DNA of 62,816 nt, counting the filler, from Octopus bimaculoides (Eukaryota): assembly GCF_001194135.2 (NCBI RefSeq). It is 4 parts of 4 records of this genome, joined end to end, with 100 filler letters (N's around TTAATTAATTAA, not from the genome) between each part and the next. Parts side by side here need not be neighbours in the genome. Positions count along the whole stretch, not along the records: positions 37,859 to 60,848 come from NC_068988.1; positions 60,949 to 62,816 come from NW_026430094.1; 2 more parts are not named here. One strand, given 5' to 3'. The notes under the pieces were generated by a model. It was not told the origin of the DNA, did not search any database, and was given only the letters and a program-made list of their open reading frames with translations. Each line of letters opens with the position of its first letter. Position 1 is the first letter of the stretch. Shown in pieces: positions 52,492-62,816 of the stretch. The position numbers and the translations under genes were made by a program.

Positions 52492-53789
52492 GGATATTAT
52501 TGAGATATTTGATATAATACAAAATAGGTTTAAATATACGCCTAATGTTCTTCAGAATATAGACCTCTTTATGTGGTAGGAAAACCATCCCTCCCACGAA
52601 TTTTTCCTACTGTAGCGAGCCATTCCTGGTTAGTGGGGTGTTTTGAGGTTATATCCATTTGTCAGTTATGTCTAGATGATCATAAAATAGGAAAAAAAAG
52701 CAGGCAAATAATATCGTATTATCAATTTTACAGCCCTAGTGTAAACTCTTATCTTGTATCAAAACATTTCACCGTGCTGATGGAATATCGTACAATCTCC
52801 ATATCCATAAATGCGTTCCCTTCATCTATTTAATTCTAAACGATTCCCTACCATAAATGAATAATATACATTATGCTACATGTTATTTACAGCAGCAATT
52901 ATCCACTGTGTGTTAACTGCCTAGTCAAATGCATATCTTATACAACGCAACTGGTTCATATAAAACATGTACAATTGGTTGAGGGAAAATGAATTTAATA
53001 CACGATGGTACAAACATAATTATTCATTACATAACCGTATAAAATGTTTCGAATTATTTTCCGCATATATTTTAAGGAAACTTGTTCAGCTTCATTTAGC
53101 ATATACTGAAGTCATTTAGAACGAAGCTATTAACAGCATTTCTTTTACAAGTGTGTTATGGTTGAGGACAAACTTTGTCATTTCAGAATAAATTCACTTT
53201 ATACGACGAATTGGTATTACTAGATATATATTCCCGTAGATTCTCATCGAGATTCTTCTGCAGTAACATTTTACCATTTAATATGTGGATTGTCATAATA
53301 TTCTTAAACTACGCGAAGGAAAGTTTTAGGACTTAAAACTACTACGATTTCCACCACCTTATCGTGTTATCTGCTTCTTACATGTCTTCACTGGAAGAAA
53401 ATTGTTTTTGTCTTTTGTGATTCTTTTGTACATCACGATGACGACTACCATTTTGTTATTTTACATTCTTTCTGAATTTTAGTGTGATTTTAAACTAGTT
53501 ATCGTTTTGGTTGTGTAAAATGAAAATACTGTTATGTAATAAAAACAAATGTGTTCGAAATTTGTGCATTAAGAATATTCATATAAGAACTGCGATAAAA
53601 GATAACAGAAATGAGTAGATGGATTTAGGCCCTTCTGTAAGATAGATTTCTAGCGAGGAAGATAACATATACTGAAGAAGGCTGCTATAATAAGATAAAT
53701 TAAAGTAATAGTAAAATGATAAATGAAGAAACGATACATGAACAGGGAAACTGAGAAATAAACATCTAGATATATACGTAGCTTAACAT

Positions 53790-54398
53790 ATGTGTTGGAT
53801 CGAGTCATAAAAAATTTACGTCTTTTGGAACTAAATTATGATGGATTTCGATTTTCATATGTTAAAGTTTAAAATTAAAACTACGGTTTTAAAAGGGCCT
53901 CATCTGTCATTCATATTTAAGCAGCGAAAGCGTAAACATCGTAGATTAATATTAAATTTCACTACCCTAAAATAGATCAGTTGAAGTGCATATTCTAGAT
54001 GTGATGGTGTGAGAATTTAAGAACGGAAAAAAAAACGTCATACAGCTAACAAAATATGCAGTGATTACAGCCAACGTGTCATTACTTACCGACAAGTGAG
54101 AAAATGGTTTAAAAGTTTCGTACTGGAGATTTGTAATTGAGACATCGGCTTAGACCAGGGCGCTCATCAGACTCCGATCAAGTTGCTTTAATAGAATTAT
54201 TGGCATGCAATCCTTGTAGAAGTCCTCGGGAATAAGCAATTGGCCTTAACTCATCCCAATCCACATTCTGTCGCCACTTGGAAAAGATAGGAAAAGTCAG
54301 CAAGATGGATTTTTGGGTTCCCCATATTTTTAGTGAGAAGAATAGGGATGATCGCATGTCCATAGAGGCAAGTCTTCTTTCAAGACAGAGAAATGACC
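53790..54398 (+). mobile_element. Mariner transposase fragment, decayed
   Basis: Translation ...FRTGD...RPGRSSDSDQVAL...STFCRHLEKIGKVSKMDFWVPHIFSEKNRDDRMSIEASLLSRQRNDP with the WVPH motif; the left boundary is approximate. Confidence 0.8.
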
Positions 54399-54406
54399 CA
54401 AGCGAA

Positions 54407-54439
<33 letters not shown>

Positions 54440-54451
54440 AATGTGTGTGTG

Positions 54452-54490
<39 letters not shown>

Positions 54491-54498
<8 letters not shown>

Positions 54499-54526
54499 CG
54501 CTTTCTCTCAATCTCTCTGTTCCTCT

Positions 54527-54581
<55 letters not shown>

Positions 54582-54614
54582 GGTTTTTAAACTTTTAAAT
54601 TTTCATATTCAAAA

Positions 54615-54655
<41 letters not shown>

Positions 54656-54690
54656 AGAGGAACAGAGAGATTGAGAGAAAGCGAAACACA
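54491..54690. repeat. Near-perfect local inverted repeat (hairpin)
   Basis: tgtgtttcgctttctctcaatctctctgttcctctcccta(TA)n ... (TA)n tagggagaggaacagagagattgagagaaagcgaaacaca. Confidence 0.9.
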
Positions 54691-55423
54691 AACATCCACA
54701 CACACAAATGCACACATACAACACATACACAAACACACATACTGTTTTACATATACGTATATGTGTGCATGAGAGAAATAAAATATAAGTAATGAGACAA
54801 GGAGAGAAACAAAGAAAAAATGAAAAGGAGAAAGAAAGAAACAAATAAACAAACAAACAAACATGCAAAAAAGGAGAGAAAGAATGGAAGAAGAGGTTGA
54901 GGAGAAAGCTAATGATACACAATAATACCAGATCATATTATCGACTGAACTTATTTCATACGCATTAAAATTCTTTGATAATCGTTTGATAATCGTGCTA
55001 TATATTTTTATCTCGTATTTGACATGGCAAGTATGGTTTCTCTATAAGCCCTTGAAGTTGTTTTTTACTGCATGACTATGCTCCCGAAGTGATGATAATG
55101 GATTTAAAATTTCTTTTAACTACTCTTAATTCCATATTTCGGATGGATCGATCTGAAGTTGTCATACACTTTAATATATAACGAATTTAAATTCCTCCTC
55201 ATGCTGATCTCATGGGGAAATAAATGAGGATTTAAAATCGAATGTATTGTCACACATTTTGTTTGGACATTACATCGATGTTTTGATTTGTGTTTTAATT
55301 TATCGTGTTACATTTTTTGGTTCTTTGTATTATTTTAATATTATAATTTCCGTAACTTTTTTATGTATATATTTTACTAGTTTAGTGAAAATATACATAT
55401 TTAAGTACATATAAGGCCTCATT

Positions 55424-56205
55424 TTATGTATCATGAAATTTTTCCATCACCCACTCTTGTGTCATTTGAGCCTTGTGTGATTGTGCTGAATCTTTTTTAA
55501 AGACATGAGACATCTCATTGTATATACTGTTGATCCAAGGCTTAATAACTTTATCCAGAACCTCAATATACGCAGCAGTATCCATCCTAAGGCCTTGTGG
55601 TAAAACGTGAAGAGGCATCATATGTCCTTCATTACCAACACCACCCACAACAATGACACTTGCAGGAAATTTTGTGTACATTACTCTTGGAACCTCAGAA
55701 GGGTCTGTACATAGCCATCTGTGATTTTTTCTGTTTTCTGATCCTGGTCAAAGTTTCTGGGAGAAACCAAATCACACCATCTTCTGATGGATTTTAAAGC
55801 TTTTTCAAAAGTTCTTTCGATGTGATTAAACGTTTTTCTTGTTTTTTTCCGACGTGACTTGACCTCTCCGCATCATGTAAGATTTGTGCCTGATGTTTTA
55901 TGCACAACATTTCTGAGTATTTTTTTTTCTGATGCACAAAATGTTTTTGCAATTGACCCCATTAGTTTTCCTGGATTGTCTTCAATGTTTTGCTTAACTT
56001 TCTGAATAAATTCAGGCGTTCTGACAGAATCAGAGCGTTTGGAATATTTCATACAGGCAATACTCTTCCATCTTCTTTCTCTAACGCACAGAATCTTGTG
56101 GACATAATATCTTGCAAATTTCAGAAGACTAGAAATTTCTAAATCACCCTGCGTAACCTTGACAGCCACAATCACAGCGTGCCTTTTCATTTCATTAGTA
56201 AGCAT
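55424..56205 (-). mobile_element. Second maT-like transposase relic (different subfamily)
   Basis: SVRTPEFIQKVKQNIEDNPGK...; FDQDQK..DRWLC; KFPASVIVVGGVGNEGHMMPLHVLPQGLRMDTAAYIEVLDKVIKPWI...VFKKDSAQSHKAQMTQEW, collinear with the 26905-27911 element. Confidence 0.8.
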
Positions 56206-56351
56206 AGGGCTTGTGATTGTTAGTTTCTGAAATAGAAGTTCAATAAAAGTTAGTCAAATAAAATAATGACTAAAAGTACATTTCTAATAAATATTCATCA
56301 TATCCAAATGATAGCCTGCTAGAGCAAGCTATTAAAATATGAAAATACCAA

Positions 56352-57169
56352 GTAAAAAGTTCGTTATAGGCATGTATAAGATAAAATCTTATATAAATCG
56401 CTATAAACAATAATAAAAATGGAGAAGAGATGTTAACATTTGAAAATAGAATTTAATATCTACATACGACCGTTTCAAAGGGAAATACAAATATGTAAGA
56501 AAAAACATTAATTATAATAATAGAGTAATGTATCACCATTTTCGTCAGTGTAGAAAAATTTAAGGAAAACATCAAAAACAAAAAAAAAACATTAGCAACA
56601 GAATGTAGAATGAAAAACGGACAATCTCAATGGAAATTCGCAAATAACTTGTAAAAAGGGAAAAAGGAAAGAAAGAAAAACATGTCAATGTATTTTGGAG
56701 TCTATCTGTGCAAAAAATTATAAACTAATCGGGCGAAAGCAAATATTTAAAACTATATCCGTTGGCCAGATTAGTTTATAGTTCTTTCCACAGATAGACT
56801 CCAAAATACATTGACATGTTTTCTTTCTCTTCTTTTCCCTCTTTACAAGTTATTTGCAAATTTCCAGTCAGATTGTCCGTATTATCCTATTTGTTTTTCC
56901 TTCTACATTCTTTTGCTAATAGTCTTTTTTTCTTGTTTTTGATATTTTCCTTAAATTTTTCTACACTGACGAGAATGTTGATACATAACTTCAATTATTA
57001 TTATCATAGTTAATGTTTTTTTCTTACATAATTGTATTGACATTTGAAACGGTCGTATGTAGATATTAGATTGTATTTGTAACTTTTAACATGTCTCCTC
57101 CATTTTTATTATTGTTTATAGTGTTTTATATAAGATTTCATCTTATACATACCTATAACGAAATTTTAC
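56352..57169. mobile_element. AT-rich fold-back element (~380-bp arms, 38-bp spacer)
   Basis: Arms 56352-56730 and 56769-57169 are imperfect reverse complements (e.g. catgtcaatgtattttggagtctatctgtg / cacagatagactccaaaatacattgacatg); no clear TSD. Confidence 0.8.
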
Positions 57170-60100
57170 ATATATATCATATATATATATATATATAATG
57201 TTGATAGATAGATATATACATACATAGATACACACATACATACGTACGTACATACACACGTGAGCACATATGTAATATAAGCTTGCAAATGATTGCTTAT
57301 ATAGTATATATCTCAAACCATATGTATATGTATCTATGCATTTGTGCATACGGTGTGTGGGTGTTGTGTATATACTTGTCATATCTCTGCATCAAGTGTG
57401 TGTGTATGTGTTTGTATATTTATATTCGTAACTTTGTGCGAATAACAAGAGCCTTTCCATTACCTGGTATACAGTTACTTGAGTATGTGTAGAAATGCTA
57501 TCAAAAATATAATGTTCTTTCCTATTCCAAAGACATATGTGTGCATGTGCATTTGTGTGTGTGTGTGTGTGTGTGTGCATGTGTATTCGCATACAGAAGC
57601 ACACGCGCACGCACGCACACATGCACACTAACAGACACACACACACACACATATATATATACACACATATATGCATATATATGTATATATATGTATATAT
57701 ATATATATANNNNNNNNNNNNNNNNNNNNNNNNNNNNNNNNNNNNNNNNNATTGGTGTGTGTGTGTGTGTAGATCGATAGATAGATAGATAGATAGATAG
57801 ATAGACATATATATTTATTCATATATACATATGTGTGTATGTGTGTTTAATTGAATACACTATGTTAAGCTAAAATTCAAAGATTTAAAGCGGATTAATA
57901 AAATGGGCTGAACCTAACTAATCCACTACGCTGTTCGTTTGTTTTCTTGGAAGAAATCGATTTTCTCAAACACAAGACCATTAACATCCAGTTAACCTGA
58001 ATTTCGTTTTCCTCTCAAATCATTTTAATACAATAAGCTTCTATATCTAACATATGTTTCTTGTAGTTTGATGTATGCGTTTTTTCCCCCTAGAATCAAA
58101 ATTCTAATATTGATTTTATTCCAATTCTTCCTTGGTTCAACTATATCCACCTTTATTTTCAGCATAAGTGACTAAAACTTGCACACATGCGTAAATATAT
58201 ATATATGCATCTGTATTAGTCTTTGTGTCTATGTGTGTTTCAGCGTGTGTCTGCATATGTTTGCTTATGTGTGAGAGAGAAAGAGACAAAGAGAATCAGA
58301 GAGGTAGTGAAAGAGAGTGAGAGAGGGGGGAGGGAGGGAGGGAAGGAGGGAAAGAGTGAGAAAGCTAGAGTGACTTTTGTGGCTTCCTTATGGCAAAGGT
58401 CTAGTGTTTCCGTTAATATTCTTTACCCTATAGGTAAAGCAACGTTTTAAATTGTATTAATATTTAAATGCTGCCAACTTTACAGATGCTCTATTGTTTT
58501 CAGCTGTGTATATGACCTAGTATATACGAGCATGTGTTTCTGTGACACATATATTAATCTGTATTTGGAAAAATTGTTTCTATATAAAATACTTATATCA
58601 TTTTTCTTTTAACTGTTTCTGTCGGTAAAGTTCGCTTATGTTGTAGTATCACATTGGAGGAGCGACACACTGGCCATAAATATCTTCCTAAAATTTAAAC
58701 AGATGGTCAAGACTTGAATGACATGTACATAGGTTTCTTAAGTCAATAATATCTAAACGTTACCAAGAAAATTTGCAGCGTCTGTCACGGCACCACATGC
58801 AAATTCTTCAGTCGGTGGCAGTACATTTTTATTCGTTTCAGTCTGTTGGTCTGTTGAATGCCAGGTTAGGGGAACAAATCGCTCCAGTACATATTTTATG
58901 GTTATGATGCGATCTTCTAAACCGCACATCAAATATCGTTACGTTTGAAGCGTTTTAAAAATAACTACCATATTTTCTTTCATGTTTAGTGCATCAGGTG
59001 AAACGTTTACCAATATTGTTTCTTGATTTAAAGTTAAAAATTTAACAGTTTAATAAATTTATTTTTTAAACTAGGAACGAAATATGGTTCGATGAAGATT
59101 CACACCTTAAATTCTTATTTTACTATTTATTTATTTGTACATGAATATATTTTTGGGATATAAAGTGTGTACATAAATGTTTTGCATTTACAAGTAAGTA
59201 TTCGTTGGTTTAGATTCTGGAAATTAAAAATACTTTGTTTCAGTTTGATTATATTAAGGATACCAACGAAATTATAAACGTGAGCAATTTGTATTTAAAC
59301 ACTTCTAATGTGAACAAGACACATTTATAAAATTTTATATATCGAAATTTAAAAACCCTAATACTAATCAGTGCCTGATTATACTATTTTTCTTTCTTAT
59401 ATATATATGAGTTTTGGTCTGTTTTTTTTTTGGCACCTTCTAAATTTCCGATTTTCAAAAACATTAAATAATTACAGCGATTTGAAAATAAGGAAATACG
59501 CGTAAATCTACACTGGAACGAAGAAGTGCCAAATAAGTTGTATTTATGAAAACCAACATAATTGCCTACCAAAATCTTGCCTGTCTAATTGCATACGCAC
59601 ACTAATTACATACATGAAATTATCTATATATACATGTGTACGTGTGTATGTTTGTGTGAGTGTATGTGCTTGCGTGTGTGCGTGCGTGTGTGCGTGCGTG
59701 TGCACGTGTGTGTGTGTGTGTCTGGAGTGTGCGTGTGAAAACATACGGTGAAGCAGGTAGTTTTCTGAACATAATTACATACTGAAAATTACCTGTGTAG
59801 CTGTGAACGTAATTGCGTTGCGTGTGATATTTGTTAACACCTCTGCTTAATTATTTAGTATGCTTTTGTCATTACTTAGTTAATTAGTTAATTAGTTTAT
59901 ATATAATTTCTTAATTACTTATTAGTTAGTTAGCTATTTAGTTTATTTCATCCTATCCATACTTACTATTTTCTAACTCAGTTAATGTTTTACAGGTCTG
60001 TAAATTTGTTTTAACTGAACTTAACACAAAGAATTTGCAACATTTTGTAATTTTTCTTTGAAAATAACTTTTAAATAAAATGCTTATTAGTGTTCGGTAA

Positions 60101-60526
60101 ATTACACCTGCCTTTTCATATTCTCTTAAAAATACATGTTTGGTGAATATTTGAAATTTCTAAACATATGACATTTGCATTTAATATGTTGAGTATTTCA
60201 CTTACTGAAATATGAAGTTGTAGATATATCTTTTTTTTTTTCAGTCTATTAAGAGAAGGTAAAACTTATTTATAACAAGAAAGCAGAATACAATGATATA
60301 CTGCAAATGCAAGCGAAATACAATATTACCACTATGTTTGCAAATAATCAGTTTAAATATGTGCAAATATACTCCGGACTCATATTCACATACACACACG
60401 ACATATGCAATTACACACACACGCACTATAACTCACACATACGTAATATATACATATATATTCATACATACATACATACATACATACATATGTAAATATG
60501 TATGTATATATATATGTGTGTGTATG

Positions 60527-60564
<38 letters not shown>

Positions 60565-60650
60565 GTTCTATATTTAAGAGATGAGGAATTATTAACATTA
60601 TTTATATTATTTACATTTGACGGATATTTGTCCTCATCTTGTTTGTTGTT

Positions 60651-60696
60651 AACACAACGTTTCGGCTGATATACCCTCCAGCCTTCGTCAGGTGTA
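60651..60696 (-). ncRNA. Minimal type I hammerhead ribozyme motif (copy 2) in a short repeat at about 60590-60810
   Basis: Minus strand: UACAC CUGACGA A GGCUG GAGGGUAUAU CAGCC GAAA CG UU GUGUU; intact core, 5-bp stem II, 4-bp stem I; B-box-like GAGTTCGATTC at 60791-60801 upstream. Activity is not shown. Confidence 0.72.
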
Positions 60697-61379
60697 TTGG
60701 GGAAATTTCGAACCTGGGTTCTCATTCCTAACGATGTTACTATTATTATATTATTATTATTATTACTATTATTAATCAGGTCGCTGCCGTGAATCGAACT
60801 CGGAACCGTGGGCAATTATGTGGTGAATTTTAAGGCTTATAAATCTATNNNNNNNNNNNNNNNNNNNNNNNNNNNNNNNNNNNNNNNNNNNNTTAATTAA
60901 TTAANNNNNNNNNNNNNNNNNNNNNNNNNNNNNNNNNNNNNNNNNNNNAGAAAGGAAAGTTTCGTGCACTGTGGAACTTTGAATCATTTCGTAATTTCCG
61001 CTAATTAGAATAATATACATACATATATACATACATATGCGTATATATGCGTATATATGTATATATGATGATTTGAGTTTTTTTTGTCCATGTATCGCCA
61101 AATCTTTATACATGAAAAGAAAATATATATTCATACACATATTCAAATACATATGATTTATGTTACAATTTCAGAAACTCTTCATCATTGTTCAAAATCG
61201 CAATAAAATCGTTTAAAGTCTTGAAGATTTCCTTACTATTAAATACATGTGTGTAAGTGTGCATCTATGTATTGCACCTATGTAATCATACATGCTCACT
61301 CTATAAGTATACACATGCATTTTTCTTATAGAATATTCAATAATTCATATGCTTGAATACGTTTCTTCCACATATCAAG

Positions 61380-61415
<36 letters not shown>

Positions 61416-62130
61416 CAAATAATAAGCAACACGGATTTCAAAAGTGATTGCAGTACGCACGTTTCATGCTACTTCAATTTATTTAAGTAATGTGAGCATT
61501 ACCTTAAATGCAATATGAAGAGCAATCTTCAGCTGCACGAAAAAATGTAGAAAAAAAGACATATTACAAATGTGGCAACATATTAAAACCAAGTGGGAGN
61601 NNNNNNNNNNNNNNNNNNNNNNNNNNNNNNNNNNNNNNNNNNNNNNNNNNNNNNNNNNNNNNNNNNNNNNNNNNNNNNNNNNNNNNNNNNNNNNNNNNNN
61701 NNNNNNNNNNNNNNNNNNNNNNNNNNNNNNNNNNNNNNNNNNNNNNNNNNNNNNNNNNNNNNNNNNNNNNNNNNNNNNNNNNNNNNNNNNNNNNNNNNNN
61801 NNNNNNNNNNNNNNNNNNNNNNNNNNNNNNNNNNNNNNNNNNNNNNNNNNNNNNNNNNNNNNNNNNNNNNNNNNNNNNNNNNNNNNNNNNNNNNNNNNNN
61901 NNNNNNNNNNNNNNNNNNNNNNNNNNNNNNNNNNNNNNNNNNNNNNNNNNNNNNNNNNNNNNNNNNNNNNNNNNNNNNNNNNNNNNNNNNNNNNNNNNNN
62001 NNNNNNNNNNNNNNNNNNNNNNNNNNNNNNNNNNNNNNNNNNNNNNNNNNNNNNNNNNNNNNNNNNNNNNNNNNNNNNNNNNNNNNNNNNNNNNNNNNNN
62101 NNNNNNNNNNNNNNNNNNNNNNNNNNNNNN

Positions 62131-62175
<45 letters not shown>

Positions 62176-62362
62176 ATGTGAGTATATGCATATATACGTA
62201 GATGTATGTACACACTTACATCTACATGTATATATAAATGCACATCTGGGTACAGGACGTTACAAAAAAACGTAGACAGAATGAGAAACAGAACGTAAAC
62301 TGAGCACAGAAAACAAACAGGCCATATAGAGAATATTTCCTTCATCAGCTGCCCCTATTCTA

Positions 62363-62405
<43 letters not shown>

Positions 62406-62816
62406 TATGTGTATATCATAATGTCATTTTTGTCGCCCTCTTGTGTTATGCATTTTTTCGTTGTAAAGGCACAAGTTGACGCTTTATCCCAGGATGTTAT
62501 CAAGCGATTTAAGTTTAAAGTCATAGATACATATACATTCGTAGACACATGTTTACATGCAAAGTCTTAACTTTGTGTGTATATATATATATATATATGA
62601 AAATGAATAATTGCGTATGCTTGTTTGCGTGTGCATGCGTGTGTGTCTATGTGTGTGTGTTTTGAGTTTGTATGTGTAGATGAAGTGAATCCAACAACAA
62701 AAAAATAAGGAACCCATCCAACCCCCAAATTTGTAAACATTGAAATAATATATTTATGTGCAATTGAATATGTAATTATTGATGTAAAAATAAACATCCA
62801 CATACTGTCGCTATTA

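Noticed and set aside
59877-59945. (TTAG)n-like run as telomeric repeat
   Set aside because: An imperfect tetranucleotide microsatellite, not TTAGGG or TTAGG.
546-62803. Most ORFs in the six-frame track (poly-HT, YI, CV, SL, ER, X runs)
   Set aside because: They are translations of microsatellites or N gaps, not genes.

Overview
AT-rich, gap-riddled animal genomic DNA, almost entirely interspersed repeats and microsatellites, with no host gene, rRNA, tRNA or CRISPR that I can recognise. Most long ORFs in the supplied track are microsatellite or N-gap artefacts. The SINE and microsatellite landscape resembles an octopod cephalopod draft assembly (inference, not verified). Recognisable content: two R4/Dong-clade non-LTR retrotransposon fragments, an RTE-like LINE fragment, Tc1, mariner and maT (DD37D) transposon relics, hAT, Tigger-like and Kolobok-like MITEs, a probable non-autonomous Helitron and three abundant tRNA-derived SINE families. 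The most interesting signals are (i) a short repeat, present twice, carrying a minimal hammerhead-ribozyme core, with a Pol III B-box upstream in one copy; (ii) an ~865-bp fold-back element with head-to-head degenerate (TTAGGG)n/(CCCTAA)n at its centre and an 8-bp TSD-like flank; (iii) a TTAA-flanked MITE nested inside a related fold-back; and (iv) further long palindromes. Coordinates were read by eye and may be off by a few bases.
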